A stretch of 64,000 bases of DNA from Thermodesulfobacteriota bacterium (GCA_965216785.1 OZ244197.1:1888001-1952000); one strand, 5' to 3'; shown: positions 43,622 to 53,983, counted from the stretch's first letter. Numbers and translations are program-made. The notes: generated from the letters alone by a model not told the origin.

Positions 43622-44143
43622 TCAGTAAGTAAGGTCTCTTATAAGCTCTTGCGCTACCTCGTCTACGTTCATGCTCTCGGTATCTATAATCAGGTCTGCT
43701 TTTTGATACAGATGCTCTCTTTCATCTAAGAGCTCGCGCGCTCTCTCCAGTGGGTTCTCTACTTGGAGTAACGGGCGGTGAGTACTGTCCTTTATCCTCT
43801 CGTATAACACCTCGACAGGGGCTTTTAGGTAAATTGTGAGACCGGCCTCTTTCATAATATCCCAATTGCGGTCTTTGATGACGACGCCACCGCCTGTGGC
43901 GATTACCTGTTTTTCGCCTTCTGATATGGATTCGAGAGTTTTTGTTTCGAGGTCCCTGAAGTAGTCTTCCCCGTATTCTGAGAATATTGTTGAAATTGTT
44001 GTGCCCGCGTTTTCTTCCAATACCTGATCGGGGTCAACACACGTGTACCCTATTTTTTGTGCGAGCACTTCGCCCACGGTGGTTTTTCCGGCCCCCATAA
44101 ATCCTATTAAGAATATGTTCCTGTATTTTATTTCATCAGTCAT
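43622..44143 (-). CDS. aroK: Shikimate kinase
   Basis: 'GFMGAGKTT', 'GEDYFRDLE', 'ATGGG' and 'RPLL'. Confidence 0.93.
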   Translation of the reverse strand: MTDEIKYRNIFLIGFMGAGKTTVGEVLAQKIGYTCVDPDQVLEENAGTTISTIFSEYGEDYFRDLETKTLESISEGEKQVIATGGGVVIKDRNWDIMKEAGLTIYLKAPVEVLYERIKDSTHRPLLQVENPLERARELLDEREHLYQKADLIIDTESMNVDEVAQELIRDLTY

Positions 44144-44179
44144 AAGCTCTGGCCTCTGAGTGTTGTAAGTACGTGCTAA

Positions 44180-44776
44180 CTATTTCCCAAGTGTAACAAA
44201 CTTCTCGACGTATTTCCCGATTATGTCGCACTCAATATTTACGGTATCACCTTTCTTTAGGTCGCCGAAAATAGTCTCGACAAGGGTGAAAGGTATAATG
44301 TTTACCGTAAATTCACTACTTTTAACCTCGTTTACCGTGAGGCTAACGCCGTCAACGGCTACTGAGCCCTTCTCGACTATATATTTTGCAAGCGCCTTAG
44401 GAACCGAGAAGCGAAATATGTGGGAGTCTCCCAGTTTTTTTATGGACTTTACTTTTCCCACTCCGTCCACGTGCCCGTTTACTATATGGCCGCCGAGCTT
44501 GCCCCCCGCTCTTAAGGAGCGCTCTAAATTTACTCTGTCGCCCTTTTTTAATTCGCCGAGGTTGGTTTTGGAAAGAGTCTCATGAGAGGCGTCCACGGTG
44601 AATTTATTCTTGCCCATAGAGGTAACCGTAAGGCATGTGCCGTTTACGGCAATGCTCTCACCGAGCTCAACTTCGCTCATGTCGATCTTTGCGACTTCGA
44701 AAGTAAACACGCTTTCTTTCTGCTTGCGCTTGATCCCGCTTACGCGGCCTATGTCTTCGACTATTCCTGTAAACAC
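44180..44776 (-). CDS. ribE: Riboflavin synthase (alpha chain)
   Basis: MFTGIVE N-terminus, 'SIAVNGTCLT' and 'GGHIVNGHVD'. Confidence 0.93.
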   Translation of the reverse strand: MFTGIVEDIGRVSGIKRKQKESVFTFEVAKIDMSEVELGESIAVNGTCLTVTSMGKNKFTVDASHETLSKTNLGELKKGDRVNLERSLRAGGKLGGHIVNGHVDGVGKVKSIKKLGDSHIFRFSVPKALAKYIVEKGSVAVDGVSLTVNEVKSSEFTVNIIPFTLVETIFGDLKKGDTVNIECDIIGKYVEKFVTLGK

Positions 44777-45261
44777 TACTGTCCTCTTCTTAATATAAAT
44801 GTGTCAAACAAGATTAGTATAACACCTATGGTTATGGCAGAGTCGGCGAGGTTAAACGGAGGCCAGTGTAGTGCCGGGTTGCCGAACCAGTGAAAGTCTA
44901 TAAAGTCTGTTACATAGCGGAGCCTGAAGCGGTCTATGGAGTTTCCGACGGCGCCTCCCATGATGAGGCCGAGAGAAAAGACCAGGAGCCTGTTCCCGGG
45001 CCCGGCTTTCTTGAGAAAAATGAATATTACCACCACGGCCGCTACAAGTACCAGCGCGAAGAGCGGGAGCCTTACAGACTCTGGGAGGTCGCGGAATATT
45101 CCAAACGCCGCCCCCCGGTTGATGATGTGGGTTACGTCGAAAAACGGGAGGACCTGAATCCTGTCGTAGAGCGGTACGTATTTTACGACGAGCCACTTGG
45201 ATAACTGATCGAGAATGACGACCACAGCCGCCACGATAGTTGCTGTTCTGTATCTTTCCAT
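44776..45261 (-). CDS. lspA: Lipoprotein signal peptidase II
   Basis: 'DQLSK', 'NRGAAFG', 'GNSIDR', 'VTDFI' and 'FNLADSAI'. Confidence 0.93.
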   Translation of the reverse strand: MERYRTATIVAAVVVILDQLSKWLVVKYVPLYDRIQVLPFFDVTHIINRGAAFGIFRDLPESVRLPLFALVLVAAVVVIFIFLKKAGPGNRLLVFSLGLIMGGAVGNSIDRFRLRYVTDFIDFHWFGNPALHWPPFNLADSAITIGVILILFDTFILRRGQ

Positions 45262-45341
45262 GATTGCGAGCCAACAGTATATAGAATTCTGATATTACTT
45301 CAATATTTCACTTTAACTTGCAGGGGCGCCGCTATGGCGTT

Positions 45342-47576
45342 TTATTCCTCCAGCTCTTGGGCCCAGGCGCTCCTGTCGATGAAATCAAGGGAATAATCCT
45401 CGCGCTGCCCGCTCTCATCAAGTAAAATGAGCTCTGCGAAAGCTTCCCGGGCCTCTTCATAGCGTCCTGCCGTGTATAAAGCAATTCCCAGGATACGAAG
45501 GTTCTCAAGCGTTAGTTTCTCCAAACCGAGCCCGAGCTCTTGGGCTCGGCTCAGATATGGCAGAGCCTTATCAAACTGCTCGTTATTAAAAAACATCCTT
45601 CCGAGAAGGTAGTAGGAGGGCGCGTATTCCGGATGTTCCCGTATAAGCTCCTCAAGGGCCGCGACTTGGAGAGTCCTTTGTCTCGTACCGAAAAATTCCT
45701 TAATCTTCTCCTCGGTAGCGCCGCCCCGGTTAATGGCCGAAATTTTTATGTCTAACTCTCTTTTCAGGTCATCAGGAAGGGGCTTGTCGCGAAGGGCCTC
45801 GAAAACCTCAAGCGCCTCGCGGGAGCCGCCTGTCTGCCAGAGCGAGTTTGCCCTGATGTTCTGGAGGATGTGGCGGTCAACGATCGGCAGACGCTCTGTA
45901 GTTTCGGCCGGTATCGCCACACGCTCATGATTGCCCGCGTAGTAGTTTGAATATGAGAGGCCGTTTAAGAGCACCGCGTCTTCGCCGCTGTAGCCAAGCG
46001 CCTCTTCAAAATATTTTACCGCTCTGTAATAATCATCGTCCCTGAAGTGCCTGAACCCTAGGGTTTTTAAGCCCGCTACCTTTCTAGGGCAAGCGGCCTT
46101 GAATATAGATGGCTCGCTGAACCTGGACTCGGCAATCGCTTTAGTATCCTCCGGTGTGTACACATCCTCTAAGAACTCCTTCCACTCAGAGCTAAGCTCG
46201 CCGAGGCTCTTGCCGTAGACCGTGAAGTCGCCGGTCTTATAGAGCGTCTTGAAGTTTTCTATGCCGTATGTGTCTATAAGGTATCTTGAAAACGAGCCCA
46301 TGAGCGTGTAGCTCACCTGAGGCGGCGCGTACCAAAAGCCAAAGCCTATGATGTCCTCTATCTCCGGGGCCATGTTTTTCTCTTTCAAAGACTTTGAGTA
46401 CTGATGGCGAGTGTAGCCATTCCCGTTCCAGTCGGCGGCTACCGCTATGCCTTCCAGGAGGCCGATCTTCGGACTTATTTTCAGATATTCCGAGCCGAAG
46501 TCCCCGGCCATTACATGCACCAGCTCGTGCTTTAATATGGGATGCGGGAAAGAGCCGTAGACCAAGTGTATTTCCTTATGCACGGGGTTTGCGATAGTGG
46601 TCTCTCCAGCGCCAACGATCTTTTTTCTAGTATCGATGTCAGGGTAAATGTAAGAGCGTATCTTGCCGCTTGAGTTGAGATTCAGAAATTCACTTAACTG
46701 CTTATACCTCCACTCGTGGTCCTCGGCAATCAGCTCTATGTAGGTGGCCTCGGGGGAGCCGGGGTCGTAGTAGATAGTAAAATTGTCCGTCTCAATTGAT
46801 CCCGGAAGTATTTGTTCCGTAATGTAATCGCGCGAGTAACTAAACCCGATGCTGTGCTGATAGGAGTAGGAGATTATTAATACTAAAACAACTACCACAA
46901 GCGATATAAAATCAAACGCGCGGGCCTTTTGAAATGAGATGCCGTTCAATACCTTTAAAAGAAGTAAGAGCAATACTCCCCAAAGCACTGTGATGGACCT
47001 GTATATGACTAATGTTTGTGTTACAGGTACGGCCTCGTCATAGAGCGGACCGGGGAAAAAGCCGATAACGGGGTTATAGAGAAAAAGCGGCAGACCCGAA
47101 TAGAGTTTCCAGAGGGAATAGAATATTATAGCGAGAAGTATGAGAGCCCCCAGTAGAAAACCCCTTCTTTTTACTACAAATCCCGTAAGCAGTCCGAGCG
47201 CGGTAGAGAAAAATACGGTGACCGCGGGAATCAGAAGAAAAAAGACAGTCCCCTCCAATATGTAGCAGTCCTGCTTTAAGAGGGAGCTGAATAGGCCGAT
47301 TAAATAGACGACGCCAAGGATGATGAAATTGATGAGAATGATTGCGGAAGACCTGTCAGAGACTCTCTGACCGAAAATGCGGCTCCTTAGCTCTATGTTC
47401 GCCAATTCCGAGGCCAGAAATACGGAGATAAACGCCATAAAGAACGCCGTGAAGATCGAGTATTCGAATCCGAGCGCGCCCACAAGGGGCAGGAATGTGA
47501 GGATAATTGCTAAAATAACCGCGAGGGCAAGAGAAGTGAGCACTAATTTTGAGAAGAAAAATTGGTTGAATGTCAT
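45342..47576 (-). CDS. Multi-TM membrane protein fused to a gluzincin-like metallopeptidase domain and TPRs
   Basis: About 7 TMs, 'KHELVH...LLEGIA' and C-terminal TPRs. Confidence 0.7.
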   Translation of the reverse strand: MTFNQFFFSKLVLTSLALAVILAIILTFLPLVGALGFEYSIFTAFFMAFISVFLASELANIELRSRIFGQRVSDRSSAIILINFIILGVVYLIGLFSSLLKQDCYILEGTVFFLLIPAVTVFFSTALGLLTGFVVKRRGFLLGALILLAIIFYSLWKLYSGLPLFLYNPVIGFFPGPLYDEAVPVTQTLVIYRSITVLWGVLLLLLLKVLNGISFQKARAFDFISLVVVVLVLIISYSYQHSIGFSYSRDYITEQILPGSIETDNFTIYYDPGSPEATYIELIAEDHEWRYKQLSEFLNLNSSGKIRSYIYPDIDTRKKIVGAGETTIANPVHKEIHLVYGSFPHPILKHELVHVMAGDFGSEYLKISPKIGLLEGIAVAADWNGNGYTRHQYSKSLKEKNMAPEIEDIIGFGFWYAPPQVSYTLMGSFSRYLIDTYGIENFKTLYKTGDFTVYGKSLGELSSEWKEFLEDVYTPEDTKAIAESRFSEPSIFKAACPRKVAGLKTLGFRHFRDDDYYRAVKYFEEALGYSGEDAVLLNGLSYSNYYAGNHERVAIPAETTERLPIVDRHILQNIRANSLWQTGGSREALEVFEALRDKPLPDDLKRELDIKISAINRGGATEEKIKEFFGTRQRTLQVAALEELIREHPEYAPSYYLLGRMFFNNEQFDKALPYLSRAQELGLGLEKLTLENLRILGIALYTAGRYEEAREAFAELILLDESGQREDYSLDFIDRSAWAQELEE

Positions 47577-47661
47577 GAGGTTATGCTCAATTTTTAAGTC
47601 TTTCCTTAACTATACATAATATTTGGGTGGGAGTGTGCGTTTTTTTAGAATAGGAAACTTT

Positions 47662-47686
47662 TCACCCTTAGAGAGCCTGAGGGTGA
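47662..47686. repeat. Short palindromic REP-like element (tcaccct...agggtga)
   Basis: Related copy at 49918-49942. Confidence 0.45.
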
Positions 47687-47707
47687 TTGGGGATTTTAGC
47701 GGTATTC

Positions 47708-48508
47708 CTAGCCGCTATCGAGCTGGAATTTTATCGGGACTTCGACCCAGCTAGAGATTTGCTTACCTGCTTTCTTGCCGGGGATAAACACCCAGTCTTT
47801 AACAGCTTTAAGGGCGGATTCGTCAAGCACTGTGTAGCCCGAGGGATTTACAATCTCGATTTCTCCCACCTTGCCGTCCTCTAACACAAGCACGCGCAGC
47901 AGCACCGTGCCTTCCTGTCCCCGTCTGCGGGCGGACTTGGGGTAGGGGGGATTTGGGTTCATACCGTAATTGGGTCTTGCGCCCTCGCTTACGTTATATG
48001 TAAGCTCGCCGGGGGAAGTGTTCTCAGTTTCTTTCTCAGATTCTGCGCCCTCAGTGCCGGTGCTTTTCTCCCCCACGGCGGATTCAGCGAGCGCCGTTGA
48101 ATCTGACTTTGTTACAGCACTTTTATCAGCTACGGATTCTTTCTCTCTCTTTTCGGAGTTCTTTAGTTCTTTAGCTGCAGGAACAGGTTTAACTTCAGGT
48201 TTATTCTTGATTGTCTCTTCTTTAGTAATCTTGGGGGTTTCCTCTAATACAATACTCTCTTGGCTGGAGTCTTCTTTCTCTTGCTCCGTCTGAGGAGTTT
48301 CGTTTGAATTCTCTGAGCTTTGTTGAGAAATATCACTTTCATCTATCACACTCACTATTATTGGCTCTAGTCTTCCTCCAGCCTGTCCCTCTCCGCTGCC
48401 TGTTTCCTTATCGAAGAGGTATATAAGCGCAAGCGTGATCACAACTCCCAGAAAAATGTGGAGTAGGATCGAATGCAATAGAAAGTGTCTCAGGTGTGTT
48501 CTCGGCAT
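47708..48508 (-). CDS. tonB: TonB family energy transducer
   Basis: N-terminal TM 'SILLH'; 'PPYPKSARRRGQEGTV', 'SGYTVLDESA' and 'VPIKF'. Confidence 0.87.
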   Translation of the reverse strand: MPRTHLRHFLLHSILLHIFLGVVITLALIYLFDKETGSGEGQAGGRLEPIIVSVIDESDISQQSSENSNETPQTEQEKEDSSQESIVLEETPKITKEETIKNKPEVKPVPAAKELKNSEKREKESVADKSAVTKSDSTALAESAVGEKSTGTEGAESEKETENTSPGELTYNVSEGARPNYGMNPNPPYPKSARRRGQEGTVLLRVLVLEDGKVGEIEIVNPSGYTVLDESALKAVKDWVFIPGKKAGKQISSWVEVPIKFQLDSG

Positions 48509-48646
48509 AGTTATACCCTACTGAAGTCTATAGAATAATTAAGCGCTATATGCGAGGCAAGTGCGGGGAGAAAGATGAGGCGTACTGTAAATATACTAAC
48601 TTAAATTGTAATATTAATCTGTACATACATCGGGAGGGTATCGTAA

Positions 48647-48997
48647 ATGCTCTATTTAATCATAAAAACAGTCCTTACCGCAGTGATAATCGTAGGCATC
48701 TCGGAAATAGGTAAGCGTTATACCACCTTTGCGGCGCTGCTCGCGGCACTTCCGCTGACGTCTCTTCTGGCTATGATCTGGCTTTACGTAGACACCAAGG
48801 ATCAGGAGCGCATTGCGGATCTCTCTGTTGGAATTTTCTGGCTCGTGCTGCCTACGCTCCTTTTCTTTCTCATACTGCCCTGGCTTTTAAGACAGCACTT
48901 AAACTTCTGGGTATCGATGGCTGTGTCGAGCGCGGTGATGATACTTTTTTATCTTGGCTACGCCACAATAGGCAGAAAGCTCGGGCTTCCGCTCTGA
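48647..48997 (+). CDS. DUF3147-like small membrane protein
   Basis: 'ISEIGKR...LLAALPLTSLLAMIWLY' pattern. Confidence 0.7.
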   Translation: MLYLIIKTVLTAVIIVGISEIGKRYTTFAALLAALPLTSLLAMIWLYVDTKDQERIADLSVGIFWLVLPTLLFFLILPWLLRQHLNFWVSMAVSSAVMILFYLGYATIGRKLGLPL

Positions 48998-49014
48998 ATC
49001 CGTGCAAGTTACAC

Positions 49015-49617
49015 CTATACGGCGGGCTGTTCGGGCTCTTCTGTAGCCAGGCTGGCTCTGAGCTTGGACATGCCGGCGCGCATCCAGCTCTTTACTGTGC
49101 CGAGGGGCTCGTTGAGCATTTCGGCAATCTCGGTCTGTGTGAGGCCGTAGTAGTAAGCAAGCTCTATTGATTTTCTCTGTCCAGGGGACAGATTCTCGAG
49201 CGCGCCTTTAATCAGATCGCGCTTTTCCCTGATATCGGTTTTCTCATCAGAGGTGGAAGAAGAGGTAGGTACATTAAAATCTAGTGAGTCCTCCCTTATT
49301 CTTCTCTTGCTATCGGTACGGAGCCTGTCAATTGCTCTACTCCTGGTGAGCGTGATCAGCCACGCGCTTGGTGAGCCGCGCTCTGGCGAGTAGTCAGCGG
49401 CTTTGTTCCAAATCTGCTTAAACACGTCCATGGCCACTTCGTCCGCGTCATGGTTTTTGGTGAGTATCTTGAGCGCGAGCCCGTAGACCTTGGACACAGT
49501 GAGATCATAGAATTTACTCAGTGCGGACTCACAGCCCCTTGCAATTTTGTCGATCAGCTCGGCGAGGTCTTTTTCGTTTGAGGGAAGCTTCGAGAGTTTA
49601 TCTTTGAGGTCGGTCAT
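49015..49617 (-). CDS. ECF sigma factor (SigK-like)
   Basis: 'AWLITLTRSRAIDRLR' and 'LAYYYGLTQTEIA...PLGTVKSW'. Confidence 0.9.
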   Translation of the reverse strand: MTDLKDKLSKLPSNEKDLAELIDKIARGCESALSKFYDLTVSKVYGLALKILTKNHDADEVAMDVFKQIWNKAADYSPERGSPSAWLITLTRSRAIDRLRTDSKRRIREDSLDFNVPTSSSTSDEKTDIREKRDLIKGALENLSPGQRKSIELAYYYGLTQTEIAEMLNEPLGTVKSWMRAGMSKLRASLATEEPEQPAV

Positions 49618-49751
49618 AGTTTAAAAGCCCGCGTGCGGAAGTGCTTTAATTGTAACTCCTGTGCAGGTTAGATGCCACAACAAAAATGCAATTTGTATAT
49701 TTTAGCCTTGAATTCATGGAACGCTAACGAAATAATTATTACGACCTTTCT

Positions 49752-49942
49752 CTTCTTTTGAGTGATCAAAAGAAGCAAAAATCACCGACTGGACATAAAT
49801 TACGCTAAAAATGAACCCTGAAAACTAAACCTTATAATTCCTCCCACACCCCGTATAAGGTTTTTAACGTTTCCATTCTTCATTTTCTTAACGCTATTTA
49901 TGTATGTCGGAAACAATTCACCCTTCGAAAGTCTCAGGGTGA
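49752..49942. repeat. Palindrome-rich intergenic element (MITE/REP-like)
   Basis: Hairpin cttcttttga-gtga-tcaaaagaag, imperfect ~31-bp inverted repeats at 49785-49815 and 49879-49910, and a hairpin at 49918-49942. Confidence 0.45.
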
Positions 49943-50089
49943 TAGGGTTTAAGGAATCTTCCCTAATTTAAACCGAAAGCGGTTTTGCGGCGTATATCTT
50001 ATAAACACGGCGGCGGTCTGGAAAATTAGATATAATATCTCTATAGAAGTTGCTGAAGAAAGGGAAATTACGTAACGGAACGGGAAGGT

Positions 50090-50911
50090 ATGACGGAACT
50101 TGAAAGAATGGAGGAGCTTATCTCGCTTTACGCTCTCGGGATACTAGAGGGAGAAGAGCTTACAGAAGCGGAAAGGCTGATCAGCGCCGGCTCTTCCGAG
50201 ACGCTCTCGATGCTGAGGGATTATGAAAGAGTGGTCTCTATGATGTCCTACGCTACGCCGGGTGTGGCTCCCGACCCGGCTCTAAAAAAAAAGCTCCTCT
50301 CCGATTTAAAACAGGGTCTTTCAGCATATAAGGTAAAGGAAACACCGCCGTCACTGCTGGACAGGATCCGTCCCCTGTGGCTCGGCCTTGGCGGCGCAGT
50401 AGCCGCGGCGGCCATACTGGTACTCGTAATCTCTAACATATCTCTACGTAATAACCTCAATGACAGTTCGACCTTAATAGCGGGGCTGGAGGAGCGCGTC
50501 ACGCTCCAGCAGCAGGAGCTGCAGTCGCTTGAAGGCGAGCTTGCCCAAAATGAAGAGCTTGTAAGTTTCCTCCAAGATCCGGACGTAGTTGTCGTAAAGC
50601 TCTCGGACACCCATCCGGTGCACGACCCCGGGGGCAGGGTGCACTGGGACAAGGGCGACGATGAGGCCCTTTTTGTAAGCTATAACCTGCCTGAGACCCC
50701 TTCGGGTAAGTCCTATCAATGGTGGGTAGTGGCGGACGATACGCCCAGGAGCGCCGGAGTGTTCAAAGTAGGCCCCGACGGAACGAGCCTTATGAAAATC
50801 GGCGAGCTTTCTGATTTCGGCAATATTCAGAACTTCATTCTAACCATGGAGCCAGAAGGCGGAGCAGAGAGTCCGTCGAGCGAAAGGCTCCTGATCGCGG
50901 ATTCTTTATAA
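50090..50911 (+). CDS. Anti-sigma factor, RskA family
   Basis: 'YALGIL', 'PDPALKKKL', TM, 'YQWW...PRSAGVF' and 'LTMEPEGG...PS'. Confidence 0.87.
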   Translation: MTELERMEELISLYALGILEGEELTEAERLISAGSSETLSMLRDYERVVSMMSYATPGVAPDPALKKKLLSDLKQGLSAYKVKETPPSLLDRIRPLWLGLGGAVAAAAILVLVISNISLRNNLNDSSTLIAGLEERVTLQQQELQSLEGELAQNEELVSFLQDPDVVVVKLSDTHPVHDPGGRVHWDKGDDEALFVSYNLPETPSGKSYQWWVVADDTPRSAGVFKVGPDGTSLMKIGELSDFGNIQNFILTMEPEGGAESPSSERLLIADSL

Positions 50912-50946
50912 GTTCCTACTATACTCCAGACGGAAGCAGCAGAAAT

Positions 50947-50973
50947 AAAAAAGGGAGCCGAAGCCCCCTTTTT
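50947..50973. terminator. Bidirectional terminator (GGGRGC-UUCG-GCUCCC family, copy 1, read on the minus strand)
   Basis: aaaaaagggagccgaagcccccttttt. Confidence 0.8.
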
Positions 50974-51007
50974 GTAATCTATCTTGATGTACCTTTTTAG
51001 TTTCTAA

Positions 51008-51904
51008 TTAAGCTACGGACTGTCTTCTTCTGATAGCAAGTAGCCCGATAATTCCCAGCACCCCTGCCATTGCTATAAGTCCCCACTGGCTGAGCGTCGG
51101 GATGGGGCGGGGCTGAATCTGCCCGAACACTAAACCGTCCGCGCAATCGGGCAGGGCGCCTAATTCCGTAAAATCGCCCGTTTCGGTATCTACAATTATC
51201 AGAGTGCTCTCGGACCTTGACTTAAAAATCCCATAAAGCTCGCCCGTTACCGGGTGGAAATCGAGTGCGCCGATAGTGCCCCGTCTGAGTACACCCCCAA
51301 CCTCGGTGCCCTGGCCCGTGTCCGGGTTAATGGTGATTAGAGTCGTGGCGTTGTATGAGAAAAGTGTGCCGTCATCCCTCCGCGCGAGGCCGTGACCGCC
51401 AAAGTCAAACCCGGTCGGGCCGATTACAGTTCCCTGTCCTGTGGAGGTGTTTATGCTTTGAAAGGCGGTGTCGATATCTTCATCGCACCTTCTGGCTGTG
51501 GCGTAGAGCATATTCGTATTCGGGTCAAGGGTCATGCCAGGCGCCCTTCCGCAGGTCATGCTGCCGCTGCCGTCGTTTCCGATCTCACCGATCAGGCTAC
51601 CCTGGCCCGTGAACGGGTTTATATCTATCAGAACGGCGATGTCTTCTTCGTCATCGTCATTCGCGCTGCCGACCAGCCGTCCGTCCGGCAAGATTTCAAG
51701 TGCGGTTAGGCCGTCAAACCCGGTCTCCCCAATAAATTCGGCCTCTGCTGTTGCGGGGTTGATTCTGTAGAGTGAGCTGAATTGATTTACATCGCCGCAG
51801 AACTCTGACGCCGCGCCGAGCAGGAATACTTCCTGGGCTTGCGAAAGCCCCGAAGCGGTTAATGCCAAGAAAAATGATAATACGGTTAATTTCAGTAGTT
51901 TCAT
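51008..51904 (-). CDS. IPTL-CTERM surface protein with beta-repeat domain
   Basis: Signal peptide; C-terminal 'RPIPTLSQWGLIAMAGVLGIIGLLAIRRR'; GGAGG RBS before ATG 51904. Confidence 0.87.
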   Translation of the reverse strand: MKLLKLTVLSFFLALTASGLSQAQEVFLLGAASEFCGDVNQFSSLYRINPATAEAEFIGETGFDGLTALEILPDGRLVGSANDDDEEDIAVLIDINPFTGQGSLIGEIGNDGSGSMTCGRAPGMTLDPNTNMLYATARRCDEDIDTAFQSINTSTGQGTVIGPTGFDFGGHGLARRDDGTLFSYNATTLITINPDTGQGTEVGGVLRRGTIGALDFHPVTGELYGIFKSRSESTLIIVDTETGDFTELGALPDCADGLVFGQIQPRPIPTLSQWGLIAMAGVLGIIGLLAIRRRQSVA

Positions 51905-52108
51905 CCTGGTTCCTCCTTTAATTATTAACCATCCATTGTACATTATTTTTAATCAAAATTGAAGGTGGAAAAACTACGGCGACTCCGACATTTGTGGAAT
52001 GTGGGAGTGGCGGGGTTTTTAAAGGCTAATAATTACCGCGCAATTGGCAATTTTATCCCGTTTGTTATAAAATACTGTATTAGCTAGTTTCCAAGAGGAG
52101 GATTCAAG

Positions 52109-52909
52109 ATGATTTCAATAAATAATATTAAACGATCAAGTTTCATTTTATTTGTGTTATTGTTAGCGACATTTATTGCAGGGCCTACCCAGCAAGTGTC
52201 TGCAACCGACTTTCCGGGGCCGGATGCTTTTGGGTATGTAGGGACTACTGTCCCATTCAATCTGCGTGATGTTAGTGCTACGGGTACAAATGTGCCGCTT
52301 AGTGATGATGAAGTGAGCGGTGCAATACAAATACCGTTTCTATTTAACTTTTATGGGATTGTCTATACTCAGCTATTTATTTCATCCAATGGTTTTATAA
52401 AATTCACGGGCGGCGGCAGCAGCGGATGCTGCTCTGGGGAACCGATACCAACAGCAGGCGGTGATGCCGATAATCTTATCGCCGGCTGGTGGAACGACTT
52501 GTACCCACCAGGAAGCGGGGAAGTCCGCTACCAGACATTGGGCGCTGAAGGAAGCAGGGAGTTTGTAGTTGGTTTTTATAACATGCAGTATTGCTGCGGC
52601 GGTAGTACCAATGTCACATTCGAGATGATACTTCACGAGGAGACCCAGGATATTGAGCTTCAGTACGCGTCCGCGCCCGGGCGACCCGGCGGCAGCAATA
52701 CGAGCGTGGGTATCGAAAACAATAACGGCAGAGTCGGCTTGCAGGTTGCTTTTGGAGAATTCGATTTTAATGATCAGGGATTCCTGCTCTCTCCGGAAGG
52801 AAGAGTCAGGCCTATCCCGACGCTTTCCGAGTGGGGCCTTTTGGCCATGGCGGGAGTTTTGGGAATCGTAGGGCTCTTAGCAGTCCGCAGAAGAAAAGCC
52901 ACGGCGTAA
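52109..52909 (+). CDS. IPTL-CTERM surface protein
   Basis: 'RPIPTLSEWGLLAMAGVLGIVGLLAVRRRK'; 'IPFLFNFYG...ISSNG' nidogen-like segment. Confidence 0.87.
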   Translation: MISINNIKRSSFILFVLLLATFIAGPTQQVSATDFPGPDAFGYVGTTVPFNLRDVSATGTNVPLSDDEVSGAIQIPFLFNFYGIVYTQLFISSNGFIKFTGGGSSGCCSGEPIPTAGGDADNLIAGWWNDLYPPGSGEVRYQTLGAEGSREFVVGFYNMQYCCGGSTNVTFEMILHEETQDIELQYASAPGRPGGSNTSVGIENNNGRVGLQVAFGEFDFNDQGFLLSPEGRVRPIPTLSEWGLLAMAGVLGIVGLLAVRRRKATA

Positions 52910-52945
52910 CTACTCGCGGTAACAAATAGAAAAACTAAAGTAAGG

Positions 52946-52970
52946 AAAGGGAGCTTCGGCTCCCTTTTTT
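52946..52970 (+). terminator. Terminator, copy 2
   Basis: aaagggagcttcggctcccttttt. Confidence 0.85.
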
Positions 52971-53115
52971 ATTTCCGCCATTACCTTCTGCACCTTTTCC
53001 GCGAACACAAGCTCTTCGAGCATGACAAATCCTCCGGTTAACAAATAGCAATAAAAATAAAATGTGCTATTATAGAAATGTATTCGCTACATTTCTTAGA
53101 AGGAGGATAGTTACG

Positions 53116-53925
53116 ATGAAAAAAGTTAGTTATATCTTATTTTTACCGCTTGTTTTATGCTCATTTCTTCTCATGGGTTTTGTTCTACCGCCTGACGAGG
53201 ATAATCTTGTCGTGAACGGCAGCTTTGAGACCGGCGACTTCACCGGATGGATCCGGGATGATATTAGCGGGGCCGGCATCTGGGACGTTTACACAGGCAC
53301 GCCGCCGCCTTTATTCTTCCCTCCGCCAGTCGGCGATTTCGCAGCTACCACTTTTCAGATGAGTCCCGACTCGAATATCCTTTATCAGGACATTCAGCTG
53401 CCCGAGAATTCAGAAATAACGTGCTCGGCGATCGTGTACTACGTAAACGAGGCTTTAATCGGTGGTGGTGGTGTGGAGTCCGAAACCTTCACTAAAGGTC
53501 TTGTTGCCGCAGATCCCGGTGATGTGACAGCCGAGCGCATATTCATCATAGGCGACGGGCTGACTTTAAATCAACCAAATCAGCAGTACAGGGTGGACAT
53601 TATGGACCCGGACGCGCCTCCCTTCGATACTGGCGCGGGAGTGCTGATGAACCTTTTCCAGACACTGCCAGGAGATCCGGACATACGTGATTATACGACC
53701 CTTAATTTCGACCTCACCCCTTACGCAGGACAGACGGTGAGGATAAGGGCGGCTGTTGCCGTAACGGAAAACCCGCTGTTTGGCGCGATAGACGCTGTAA
53801 CGTGTGCTTGGGTACCTACAGCAAGACCGATCCCAACCTTGTCTCAGTGGGGGCTGATCGCTATGGCAGGGTTGATTGGAATCATAGGGCTTCTTGCTGT
53901 CAGGAGAAAGAGGCTGACCGCTTAA
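53116..53925 (+). CDS. IPTL-CTERM surface protein
   Basis: 'NGSFETGDFTGW' and 'RPIPTLSQWGLIAMAGLIG'; AGGAGG RBS before ATG 53116. Confidence 0.87.
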   Translation: MKKVSYILFLPLVLCSFLLMGFVLPPDEDNLVVNGSFETGDFTGWIRDDISGAGIWDVYTGTPPPLFFPPPVGDFAATTFQMSPDSNILYQDIQLPENSEITCSAIVYYVNEALIGGGGVESETFTKGLVAADPGDVTAERIFIIGDGLTLNQPNQQYRVDIMDPDAPPFDTGAGVLMNLFQTLPGDPDIRDYTTLNFDLTPYAGQTVRIRAAVAVTENPLFGAIDAVTCAWVPTARPIPTLSQWGLIAMAGLIGIIGLLAVRRKRLTA

Positions 53926-53959
53926 AAAAGCCCGAGGAAATAACTTAAATTTACTAAAC

Positions 53960-53983
53960 AAAAAGGGAGCTTCGGCTCCCTTT
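53960..53983 (+). terminator. Terminator, copy 3
   Basis: aaaaagggagcttcggctcccttt. Confidence 0.8.
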
